Assembly (NCBI GenBank): GCA_951406725.2
Contig: OX597818.1
Span: 2,914,001 to 2,978,000 of the forward strand
Direction of reading: 5' to 3'
Source of the DNA: Octopus vulgaris
Taxonomy: Eukaryota
Length of the DNA: 64,000 nt
The position numbers were made by a program, and so were the translations under genes. Positions within the stretch are counted from its first letter, which is position 1, and each line of letters opens with the position of its first letter. Of this stretch, positions 50,461 to 62,235 are shown piece by piece. The notes below the pieces were generated by a model. The model was not told the origin of the DNA. It searched no databases and worked only from the letters and a program-made list of their open reading frames with translations.

Positions 50461-51199
50461 AATGCCTATTAAATATTTTCCTGTATCTGTGAGTTACTGG
50501 AAAGTGTTTGTCTAAGAGAGACAGGAATCTTTTTCCTTTGTTAGTTTTTATATTAAGGGAAAAGGGAAGGGCAAACTAAATAATTTTCCTTGTCCTATTT
50601 TTAGGTCTATTATTATTATTCTGATTAATATAATAAGGATTATGTATTACTTTATCTTTGAAGCCATTAAATCTACTGTTATTATTCTGATTAATAGTAG
50701 TGGGGTTATATATTAATTTATCTTTGAAACCACTATTGGCTAGGGCATTGTTATAATAGGGGGATGCTTTCTCAAACATTTCTTTAGAGGAAGAGAGGTT
50801 AGACACTCTGTTACTAATATTAGGTATAAGGTTTTTAAAAATTACAGGAGGGTGACAAGACTTTATGTATATAGGCAAGTTTCTCATTAGGCTTATGGAA
50901 AGGTTTAGATGAGGAGGAGTTTATGTCTAGGGAAACATCTAAAAAGTCAACTATAGACAGATCAGTAGCTACTGTAATTTTAAGGCCTAATAGACTGAAG
51001 GTAGAAATAAGTTGTTTCCTAAATCAGTGTAAGTGTAAATATATATACAAACACAAATACATACAGATACATACACACACATACATGTATATGAACATAA
51101 GTACATTCATACATATACCTGTGCACATATTAAAATGCATACATACATGTAAACTTATGTACATGTTCACATACACCTATCTAAATATACAGATGTATG

Positions 51200-51598
51200 T
51201 ACCAAGACCTTTGACACTGAACATTGGCCAACTCTTTGGAATGTCCATAAAATTTCACATAGCTTATTTGATCTCTTCATGAAATGAAAGCATAGATTTG
51301 TGTCAATGGTGAGCTATGATAAACCATTTCAGTCAGGTGATTTGGCTCTTACATTGCTTACTATCTCTGCTATTGTTACTTTGCAAGACTTTGCATATAG
51401 TGATATATCGACAGCCATTAACATAAACTTCCATGGCTCTCATTCATAATCTCTTTACACTGATGATTGCAATCTCCTAAACCACACTGAGGAAGACTGC
51501 ATTTCCAGATGGGCTACTTCTCACCATCAATTATACATCAAGGATAAAAAGTTAGAAGTTGTGGACACATTTGTTTACCTTGGTAGCACACTAACTAG
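51200..51598 (+). mobile_element. Highly degraded RTE/BovB-like RT fragment
   Basis: YTDDC..NHTEED and KLEVVDTFVYLGSTL. Confidence 0.6.
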
Positions 51599-52689
51599 AT
51601 TTAATATACTTGACTAGCGGTGACCCGCTTCACGCGCAGGTGAGGGTGTGGTTGTTACTTTCTGTTGCTTCCTTTCTGTTTCTTATTGCTACATTCCCCC
51701 TCTTTGTTTCTCTCTCCTTTCTCTCTCACTTTACCACTCTCTTACTCTTCCTTTCTCTCGAACTCTCCCTTGCTTTCTCTTACTGTCTATCTTTCTCTAT
51801 CTATCACTCTCCCATTTATAAAAAACAAAAGATCTTGAGTAAGTTGAGAAAGTTGAGAAAGAAAATATTTTGAAAGATCAATCATAAATATCCGGCAGTG
51901 ACAACGGAAAGCACACTTGCCTTTTGTACGTGCCACTATTTGAGCAATTAAAAATAAGGAAAAAAAGGATTTCTTTGTTAAATTTAGTACTTATTTTGGG
52001 AATTTTTAGACGATTGACCATGGAAAGGAAAGCTCTAAACACGGGCTACATGCAGCTGTAAATTTCTTTCAAAAAAATTAAAAACTGTAAACAATAAAAG
52101 ATAAAAGGCAAAAATATACGTAAAAATGAGAAATTTTTTTCAATTTCAAAAATCTTGCCTTAATTTTCAAAATTTTGAACCCATTTTCTGCGCTTAATTT
52201 ACAAATCCACTTCCACTTTACCATGTTGAGAATTTGATTGAAATCGGGCAAAAAGTGTCCAATATAGATCCCCATTTTCACAGCAAAGCAACCAATGTAG
52301 TGGCCCAAAAAGTCTCCCAATCAATTTCACACCTCAAGTTACCCCCTCCTGTAAATTTTCATCTCCTTCCAGCCCCATTTAGACCCCTTTTTACATAAAA
52401 ATCCAATTTGTATCAACGTTCACCTTCTTCGTTTTATAGATTAGATTAGATGCCAATTGCGCCAATCTGGAGGGACTTAGAGCCCCCTTGAATCGATAAA
52501 ATATCACTCTTCTCACCATAGCAACTGCATCTTTCCAGATGGCGAGTTTTAACCTACTCAACTCTCTGCCTCATCACGCCTTCTATGCCTGTGTCAATTT
52601 TCAGCTCGATCCAACCACTTCTATGGCCACCAACGTCTGACGTAGCAAAATGTGTACACAATTTTGACACAAAGCCTCTTTTATATATA

Positions 52690-52901
52690 CTCTTTACTCT
52701 TTACTCTTTTACTTGTTTCAGTTATTTGACTGCGGCCATGCTGGAGCACCGCCTTTTTTTTAGTCGAGCAAATCGACCCCGGGACTTATTCTTTTGTAAG
52801 CCCAGTACTTATTTTATCGGTCTCTTTTTGCCGAACCGCTAAGTGACGGGGACGTAAACACACCAGCATCGGTTGTCAAGCAAAGCTAGGGGGACAAACA
52901 T

Positions 52902-52932
<31 letters not shown>

Positions 52933-53096
52933 CGACAGGCTTCTTTCAGTTTCCGTCTACCAAATCCACTCACAAGGCATTGGTCGGCCCGGGGCTATAG
53001 CAGAAGACACTTGCCCAAGATGCCACGCAGTGGGACTGAACCCGGAACCATGTGGTTGGTTAGCAAGCTACTTACCACACAGCCACTCCTGCGCCT
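52690..53096 (-). mobile_element. Near full-length tRNA-derived SINE
   Basis: Head GGCGCAGGAGTGGCTGTGTGGTAAG..GGTTCAGTCCC, internal (TA)/(TG) tract, (AAAGAGT)n tail; CpG retained. Confidence 0.9.
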
Positions 53097-53742
53097 ATAG
53101 AAGATAGCAGAGAAACCTGGTCTTGCTCGGGATTAAAATAGTTTATCATTGTTTTATTTGTTTCGGTATTAAACCCGATTTAATTTGAGTCTACGCGGGT
53201 CACACTTTAAAAGATGAGGAATTTTGCCCTAGAGGCCACACCTTTCAATTGAGCAAACTCAAAGTTGCCATGCAAACTCGCCAGGACTTTTAACATAGGT
53301 GTGCAAATTTTCAGCTCAATCCGACCATATTTACTAACACTCTTGCCTGTATAACTGCTTGTGAGACAACGTCCACCCTTTTCACAAATATGTAGTTGAC
53401 TTACAGAGATACCCAGCCTTGCTTGAGATTAAAATGGCATAGTTTTTCATTGTTTTACTTCTTTGGTTAATATAACCCGATTTCACTTGGGTCTACTTGG
53501 ATCACATTTTAAAAGATCAGGAATTTTGTCCTAGAAGTCACGCCTTTCATTTGAGGTAAAAAATAGTTGCCATGCAAACTCGCCAGCACTTTTAACATAG
53601 GTGTGCATAATTTCAGCTCAATCCGACCACATAATGCACACATTATAAATATATATATATACGCATTAAATATATATATGTACATATATACACATTAAAT
53701 ATATATATATATGTACATATATACGCATTATATATATATACA

Positions 53743-56098
53743 GAGAGAGAATTCAAAAAAAAAAAAAAGATGAAGACAGGTGGTGTACAAAACAAACAGA
53801 TGTATTAGTATAACTCTCGGGAATTGAAAAAGTCTTTTACATTTCGCGCCTACGCTCTTCTACAGAAAGGAACACAGAAAGGAACAAGGAGAGAAAAAAA
53901 TGTGTGTAATGGCTACCAATCTATCATGGCGACTGCCAGACAGAAGGGTCACACAGGATGGCGAAGAAGTAGGGGAGATAACAAAGTAAAAGCGGTCCCA
54001 AAATGAAGGTGTGTGTGTGTGTGTAAGAGAGTACATATGTGCGTGTGAAAGAGGGCTGGTGGTCTTGACGTGTGCATGTGTGTATGTATAGGCGTGAAAA
54101 TGTGGGGATGGGAAGTGGCCAGTGTTGGTTTGTGGGTGGTGGTGTGTTGTGGTGTGATATGTTGTGTGGTTTGGTGTGGTGTGGTGTGATGTTGTTGGGA
54201 GGTGGGGGAGGCGAGAGTGGGGAAAGCACGGGTGGAGTGTGGGTTAGGTTGAGGGTTGGGGTAGAGTTGGGGTATGTGGGTAGTCAGAGGGTGGGTGTAG
54301 AGATGGGGTTTGTGGGTAGGCAGAAGGTAGGGTATGTGGGAGAGGGTGTAAGGGATGGGATGGGAAGGATAGGGAAGGTGGAGTAGGAATGTGAAGGGGT
54401 GCGGTGGGCTTATGGGGGAGGGTTGACAATGAAGGGGGAAGGGGAAGGTGGGTATGAGAGAAGAGAGAAAGAGAGTAAGAGAGAAGAGAGAGTAGAAGTG
54501 AAGAGAAGTAGGAGTGAAGAGAAGTAGGAGTCAGAGCAAGAGAGGAGAGGTGGGTGGGAGGAAGTAAGAGGGAGGGGAAGAGAGGCAAGCAGAGGAGGTT
54601 AGATAAAGAGGGGAAGAGAGTTGAGCCTATATGGTACAAAGGAGTGAAGAGAGAAGATTAATCTCTGTTCACGGCGCAAACGGGAGTCCAGATGGTCTCT
54701 GTGCAAGGACAATCCGAACACAGGCAAGTGTTGCAAAGAGTGACCAGTAGAGCAGAAATGGAGTGAGGCCGGGGTGTCATTGCTGAGGCGGATGTCTCAG
54801 AGATGTTCTGTGAACCGGTTAGCTAAGCAGCGTCCCGTTTGTCCGATGTACAGAGAATGGCAGAGAGAGCAGGAGCTACAATAAATGATATTGGTAGAAG
54901 TGCAGGTGAAGGAGTCGGTGATGTGATAGGGTCGATGATGGGTGCCGGTGAGGAGGATGGTGTTGGAGAGGTAAGGGCAAGTGTGGCAGCATGGGCAGGA
55001 GCAGGGGAGCGAGCCAGGTTCGGGAAGAAGCTGTGGTCTCGTGGGTTGTGGGTTCATTTGAAGGTGGGGAGGGATCGGTTGGGGAAGATGTGTCAAGTGG
55101 ACGGGTCAGACTGGAGATGCTGGAAAGCTCGGAGAATGGTGCGTTGGAGAAGTAGGGTAGTGGGGTGGTAGGTGAGGGGAAAAGGGTAGGCAGGAGACTG
55201 CAGGGCGGGTTTGGGGGGAGAGAGCAGATGCACGGTCCACACAACATGCTCTGGCAAGGGCAGTGTGGATCCACGTAGGATGAAGTGGCGAGCCTTGAGT
55301 TGAGACTGAGTCTCGAAGTCATGGTCGTCACTACAGAGCCTGCGTAGACAGAGGAATTGAGAATAGGGGATGGAAAGCTTGGTGAGTTTAGAGTGGGAGG
55401 AGGAGAAGTTGAGGTATGAGTGTGAGTCTGTGTGTTTGTAGTGGATGGAGGTGGTAAGAGAAGAATGCTGACCGAAATGTCAAGAAAAGAGACAGAGGTG
55501 TCAGAGATAGTGCAGGAGAAGTGGAGGGCAGGATGGAAAGAGTTGACAAAAGAGAGGAAGGAGTTTAGATGTTCACAGGAGAGTGAGGTTGCACCGATAC
55601 AGTCATCAATATAACAGCCATATAGTTCGGGAGTGGGACCAGTGAAACTTGAGAATATCTGGGCCTCAACAGAGCCAACAAACAGGTTCACATAGTTGGA
55701 GCCCATTCTTGTTCCCATGACCACTCCCGAGACCTGCTGATAGAAATCATCCACGAACGAGAAGCAGTTGAGTGAGAGGACAAGTTCGGCCAGACGAACG
55801 AGTGTGGAGGTGTTGGGTTGGAGGTCAAGGAAGTGTTTCAGTGCACACAGCTCCTCATGGTGAGGGATCGCCGTGTAAAGGCTCTGGATGTCGAGAGTGA
55901 AGAGAAGTTTAGAGGGGCCAAGAGGGAAGGAGAAAGAGTTGAATAGACGAAGAGCATGGTTGGTGTCATGGATGTGAGAAGGGAGAGAAGCCACTAGAGG
56001 ACCAACGACACGGTCAAGATATTTGGAGATAAGCTCGGTGGGGCAGTTACAGGCGGAGACGATGGGGCGGCCAGGGTTGTTAGGTTTGTGGATTTTGG
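53743..56098 (-). mobile_element. Penelope-like element (Neptune-type), 5' truncated, inserted in a (TA)n tract
   Basis: RT KIHKPNNPGRPIVS, QVSGVVMGTRMG, YIDD, FLDISV; linker CSCPCCHTC; GIY-YIG FTCTSTNIIYC..YIGQTGR; flanked by TACGCATTA(TA)nCA on both sides. Confidence 0.9.
53834..53869 (-). ncRNA. Minimal hammerhead-like motif with atypical core
   Basis: CTTT-CTGTAGA-A-GAGC-GTAG-GCGC-GAAA-TGTA-AAAG; stem I CTTT/AAAG, almost no stem III. Confidence 0.55.
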
Positions 56099-56128
56099 TA
56101 CGCATTATATATACAAATGTATACAAAT

Positions 56129-56182
<54 letters not shown>

Positions 56183-56417
56183 AATACAGATATATACACT
56201 TTGTATATATATACAATATATATACATATTTATATATAGATACACACACACATACACACAAAGAAATTAACCCAATAAATATCTAATTCATAATATTTGT
56301 TCTCATGATGTATGGTGGTGGTGGGCAATAATAATTCACCATTGTAAAAGACATGTGGCGAGAAGATTCAAACTTTTGAGGCTGTTAACGCTTTCTCTAT
56401 ATGAATGCAGACAGACG

Positions 56418-56453
<36 letters not shown>

Positions 56454-57481
56454 GTGGAGCAAAGAGTGACAGAGCCAGCGAAGGTGGTAGGGGAAAGAGA
56501 GTGGAAGCTGTCAAACATCGTTATAGTGAGAAAGTGGAGGGAAGGGAGGAAAGAGAGAGATCGAGGAAGAGAGGGTGATATGCAAAAGAGAGAAATGACA
56601 AACACTGTCAAAGTGTGGGTTTTGTTGCCCTAGTAACCACAGCTTTTGGGATGGGGATTTCTAACCTGGTCCACTCACTTCCTCGCCTCTTTTTACATGT
56701 CCCTGTAAATTTTGGGACCAATACGACCCCATCTAGTGCCCCTTAACCCGTTCCAATCCCAAAATGAGACAAACAAACTTTTTGCATTTCAGCTTTATAG
56801 ATATTGACTAGCTTACGATCACCCGCTCTACGCACAGGTAAGAATGTGGTTGTTACTTTCTGTTGCTTCCTTTCTGTTTCTTATTGCTACATTCCCCCTC
56901 TTTGTTTCTCTCTCCTTTCTCTCTCACTTTCCCACTCTCTTACTCTTTCTTTCTCTCGGACTCTTCCTTGCTTTCTCTTATTCTCTATCTTTCTCTATCT
57001 ATCTATCTATCTTCCATTTATAGCTGGCATTTCTTAATGACGGACAGCAACGTAGTGGCAGTTTAACGGCTGGCGTAAAATTTTGAACTTGATGTAAAAG
57101 AAAATTCCTAAACACTAAGTTTTGAAGTGATTCTTTCTCACGACAGTAGACTCACCATGGCAAGCATTCAAAACTTCTTCATCATGGACGGCAACACACT
57201 GACGATTTAAAAGCAGGCACAAATTTTTTAGCTTGCAGTAACAGAGAATTCCTAAACACACTCACCTGTAAATTTTAATCCCCTTCCATCCCCATTTAGA
57301 CCTTTTTTCACATTTTGGTTAAAATAACCCGATTTCATTTGGGTCTACTCGGGCCACATTTTATAAGATGAGGAATTTTATCAAAGGTCATTTGAGGAAA
57401 AAAATAGTTGCCATGCAAACTCGCCAGCACTTTTAACATAGGTGTGCATATTTTCAGCTCAACTGACCACATAATGCACAC

Positions 57482-57545
<64 letters not shown>

Positions 57546-57604
57546 TTAAATATATATATGTACATATATATGCAGTATATATATATATGTGTGTGGGTGT
57601 ACAC

Positions 57605-57670
<66 letters not shown>

Positions 57671-57682
57671 CATATATATATA

Positions 57683-57800
57683 TTGGCCTGCTCGCTTAGC
57701 CAGCGGGGTGGCGTCGTTCATAGGCTAAAACAATGCGAACGCATTGTGACCAGTGATGTGTAGCAACATCTGATGGTCTGGTCGGTCACGTGATCACGTG

Positions 57801-57802
<2 letters not shown>
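57683..57802 (+). mobile_element. Short SINE/LINE 3'-type fragment in a (TA)n tract
   Basis: GC-rich 120 bp island ending in the palindrome TCACGTGATCACGTGA, flanked by (TA)n. Confidence 0.45.
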
Positions 57803-57836
<34 letters not shown>

Positions 57837-59278
57837 GTAAATACAGATATATACACTTTGTATATATACATATTTATATATAGAACACACACACACATAT
57901 ATAAATAAACCCAATAATTATTGCCACCACCACCACACAATCATGAGAACAAATATTTGTTCTCATGATTGTGTGGTGGTGGTGGTGGTGCTGGTGGTGG
58001 TGGAGATAATAATTGTCTCTATGAATGCAGACAGACGTAGAGAGAGAGAGAGAGAGGGGATGTGAGAGAAAGAGTGAGAGTGCTGGCGAAGGCGGCAGGG
58101 GAAAGATAGTTGATCTGTCACACATCATCATAGAGAGAAAGTGAAGGGAAGGAAGGAAAGAGAGAGAAATGGAAGACAGGCAGATAAGAAAATGAGAGTA
58201 ACGAAAAAAGACTAGTCAAAATGTGGGTTTTTTGCCCTAGTAACCACAGCTTTTAAGATAGGGATTTCTCATTTTACATGTCTCTGTAAATTTCGGAATG
58301 AATCCGACAGGATGTAGTGCCCTTTAACCCATTCCAATGCCAAAACCAGACAAACTTTTCACATTTCAGATTTATAGATATTGACTAGCTTACGGTGAAC
58401 CGCTCTACGTGCGGGTAAGAGTGTGGTTGTTACTTTCAGTTGCTTCCTTTCTGTTTTTTATCACCACATTCTCCCTCTTTGTTTCTCTCTCATTTCTCTG
58501 TCACTTTCCCACTCTTTTACTCTTCATTTCTCTCAGATTCTCCCTCGCTTTCTCTTACTCTCTATATTTCTCTATCTATCTCTCATTTATAAACAACAAA
58601 AGATCTTGAGTAAGTTGAGAAAGAAAATATTTTGAAAGATCAATCATAAATTTCAGGCAGTGACAACGGAAAGGTCTGCTTCAAGACAGACAGCAAAACA
58701 CTAACATTTAAAAGGGACAGACAAGCTTGCGAGCTGAATAAAAATTAAAAAATATTGGAAACCAAAGTTTGAAGGGATAGAGTCTGAGTATAGTAGAGTC
58801 ACCATAGCTGGCATTTCTTAATGATGGACAGCAACGTAGTGGCAGTCTAACAGCTGGCGTAAAATTTTGAACTTGATGTAAAAGAAAATTCCTAAACACC
58901 AAGTTTTGAAGTGATTCTTTCTCATGACAGTAGACTCACCATGGCAAACATTCAAAACTTCTTCATCATGGACGGCAACACATTAACGATTTAAAGGCTG
59001 GTGCAAATTTTTTAGCTTCATGTAACAGAGAATTCCTAAACATCCGCTCCTGTAAATTTTAATCCCCTTCCAGCCCCATTTAGACCTCTTTTCACATTTT
59101 GGTTAATATAACCCGATTTCATTCGGGTCTACTTGGGCCACATTTTATAGGATGAGGAATTTTGTCCTAGAGGTCACGCCTTTCATTTGAGGAAAAAAAT
59201 AGTTGCCATACAAACTCGCCAGCACCTTTAACATAGGTGTGCATATTTTCAGCTCAACCGACCACATAATGCACACAT

Positions 59279-59329
<51 letters not shown>

Positions 59330-59648
59330 ACGCATTATATATATTAATGTATACAAATTATATATATATATATATAAATACAGATATATACACTTTGTAT
59401 ATATACATATTTATATATAGAACACACACACACACATATATATATAAATTAACCCAATAAATATCTGATTCATAATATTTGTTCTCATGATTGTGTGGTG
59501 GTTGTGGCGATGATAATTCTCTCTATGAATGCAGACAGACATAGAGAGAGAGAGTGACAGTGCTGGTGAATGCGGTAGGGGAAAGATAGTAAACTTTCCC
59601 TCGCTTTCTCTTACTCTCTATCTTTCTCTATCTATCTCTCTCCCATTT

Positions 59649-61806
59649 CATCATCATCATCATCATCGTTTAGCGTCCGTTTTCCATGCTAGCATGGGTT
59701 GGACGGTTCTACTGGGGTCTGTGAAGCCAGAAGGCTTCATCAGGCCCAGTCAAATCTGGCAGTGTTTCTACGGCTGGATGCCCTTCCTAACGCCAACCAC
59801 TCCGTGAGTGTAGTGGGTGCTTTTTACGTGCCACCCGCACTGGTGCCAGACAGAGCTGGCAAACGGCCACGAACGGATGGTGCTTTTTATGTGCCACCGG
59901 CACGAGGGCCAGGCGAGGCTGGCAACGGACACGAAACGGGGCGGTGCTGGCAACGGTCGCGAAACGGAAAGTTCTCTTACATGCCACCGGCACTGGTAAC
60001 ACATCTGCAATTTCCATTGATCGATTTCGATTCTGATCCTCACTTGCCTCAACGGGTCTTCACAAGCAGAGTTTTGACATGCCACCGGCACTGGTAGCAC
60101 ATCCGCAATTTCCATTGATCGATTTCGATTCTGATCCTCACTTGCCTCAACACGTCTTCACAAGTAGAGTTTTGTGTCCCAAGAAGGGAAGGTATGCATA
60201 CGTAGGCCGGCTCCATCCCATGTAGAAGGCCACGGGTTATGGACTCACTTGTCCTGCCGGGTCTTCTCGCGCACAGCACACTTCCAGAGGTCTCGGTCTC
60301 TAGTCATTTCCTCAGTGAGACCTAAAGTTCAAAGGTCGTGCTTCACCACCTCGTCCCAGGTTTTCCTGGGTCTGCCTCTTCCACAGGTTCCCTCAACCGC
60401 TAGGGTGTGGCACTTTTTCACACAACTATCTTCATCCATTCTCGCCACATGACCATACCAGCGCAAACGTCTCTCTTGCACACCACAACTGATGCTTCTT
60501 AGGTCCAGCTTTTCTCTCAAGGTACTTACACTCTGCCGAGTGTGAGTACCGGCATTACACATCCATCGGAGCATACTGGCTTCATTTCTAGCGAGCTTAC
60601 GCATATCCTCAGCAGTCACGGCCCATGTTTCACTGCCATGTAGCATGGCTGTTCGTACACACGCATCATACAGTCTGCCTTTCACTCTGTGCGAGAGGCC
60701 TTTTGTCACCAGCAGAGGTAAGAGCTCTCTGAACTTTGCCCAAGCTATTCTTACTCTAGCAGTTACACTTTCAGCACACCCGCCCCCGCTGCTGACTTGG
60801 TCACCTAGGTAACGGAAACTATCAACTATTTCTAGTTTTTCTCCCTGGAAAGTGACGGAAGTTGGTCTCAGAGCATTTTCAGTGTTTATTGTTCCTGAGC
60901 ATCTGCCACATACAAAAACCATCTTCCTAGTTAGCCTTCCTTTGACATTGCTGCATCTCTTATGTGTCCATAGCTTACACTTGGTGCATCTTATAGAGTT
61001 TCTACCTACACCTTTTCTACAGATCGAGCAGGGCCATCTACCTGAAGGTGTTTGTGATTTGTCTACCTTCCTACTGATTACGACTTTGGTTTTAGCTAGA
61101 TTGACTCTGAGGCCCTTCGATTCTAATCCTTGTTTCCACACCTGAAACTTCTCCAGTTCTGATAGCGACTCAGCAATTAGAGCAAGGTCATCAGCATAGA
61201 GGAGCTCCCAAGGGCATCCTGTCTTGAATTCCTCCGTTATTGCCTGGAGGACTATGATAAATAGGAGGGGGCTGAGTACTGAGCCTTGGTGGACTCCTAC
61301 CTCTACCCGGAATTCTTCACTGTACACATTTCCAACCCTCACCCTACTAGCGGCGTCCCTATACATGGCCCGCACAGCTCTCACTAACCAATTATCTATC
61401 CCTAGTTTCCTCATTGCCCACCAGATAAGGGATCGGGGGACCCTGTCGAAGGCTTTCTCCATGTCAACAAAAGCCAGGTACAGGGGCTTATCTTTGGCTA
61501 GGTATTTCTCCTGCAGCTGCCTTACCAGGAATATAGCATCAGTAGTACTTTTCCCTGGCACAAACCCAAACTGCATCTCATCTAAACTAACTCTCTCTCT
61601 AATTAGTTGGGCTATGACCCTCTCCGTAACCTTCATCACCTGGTCCAACAGCTTGATACCTCTGTAGTTATTTGTATCTAGGGCATCACCTTTACCTTTG
61701 TAGCAGTTGACTATTATACTGCTACACCAGTCATTGGGTATGACCCCTTTGTGTATCACCTGATTAACTATACGGGTGACTAGGCTATAGCCGACACTAC
61801 CAGACA
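59649..61806 (-). mobile_element. Young 5'-truncated RTE LINE
   Basis: 492-codon open frame 60329-61807 with NYRGIKLL, QFGFVPGKSTTDAIF, FVDMEKAFDRV, QGSVLSPLLF, YADD; 3' UTR and (GAT)n tail; possible TSD CATTT. Confidence 0.95.
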
Positions 61807-61807
61807 T
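60329..61807 (-). pseudogene. RTE ORF2 fragment: reverse transcriptase with internal PHD-like finger
   Basis: RT motifs intact; CSIC-x10-CTKC-x4-H-x2-C-x14-CGRC between LAKTKV and FRYLG; premature TGA (CGA in the 21373 copy); no endonuclease domain. Confidence 0.9.
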
Positions 61808-61959
61808 TTATAAACAACAAAAGATCTTGAGTAAGTTGAGAAAGAAAATATTTTTACACTTTTTAAACCCTTCGTCGTTATTCTCAGTCACTCATTATTA
61901 CATTCTCCCTTCCTTTCACTTTCTTTTATCTTTTACTTATTTCACTTTCACTTTCAGAT

Positions 61960-62215
61960 CTAACTAGGAAAAAGTCACATATCGAGCCCCCTATCTGAAC
62001 AGTGCTTACTGTTCCTGTATACAAGACCACTATCAGCCCAACCATTTACAGAGGTATAATTTTTAGATCTGGAATCCTCCAGAGCATATACCTGTCCACT
62101 AAATCAAGTGTCTTGTGGAGATCACCATAATCTGCAAACTGAAAACTCTGCCTGCATTCAATGAGTACTCAGAGAACCAGGATCCTGTCAGTAGTTGATG
62201 TCTTAAATGTCAGTA
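61960..62215 (-). mobile_element. Old LINE RT fragment
   Basis: Minus strand STTDRILVL..DLHKTLDLVDR..YTGTVSTV. Confidence 0.6.
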
Positions 62216-62235
62216 ACACACCTGACAAAATGCTT

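Larger units (their letters stand above)
49060..51030 (-). mobile_element. Penelope-like element (C-terminal GIY-YIG, CxCx5C linker; Hydra-clade-like), 5' truncated
   Basis: IVDFLDVSL, IYIKSCHPP, YNNALANSGF, CNCQEAGSC, KTYIGLYEGEFKNRYNNH; hammerhead-like motif at the 3' end. Confidence 0.8.
51614..61856 (-). mobile_element. Second tandem array of the same non-autonomous Helitron units, opposite orientation, with nested SINEs, Penelope and RTE
   Basis: Hairpin+CTAG ends at 51614, 56808, 58385 and a hairpin+CTA end near 53105; CTAG|TCAATATCTATAAA junctions; unit sequence resumes at 61806 after the RTE. Confidence 0.8.

Noticed and set aside
54876-56261. 461 aa ORF as an intact gene
   Set aside because: Chimeric: microsatellite-derived N-terminus, Penelope RT middle, out-of-frame tail after a frameshift near 55460.
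59715-59745. CTGATGA plus hairpin near the RTE 3' end (minus strand) as a hammerhead
   Set aside because: No GAAA follows, and the other copies read CTGGTGCAG or similar at this position.
61925-62056. Plus-strand exon after a strong pyrimidine tract (TTTCAG...GAG|GTA)
   Set aside because: Stops in all three frames; the minus strand is an old LINE RT fragment.
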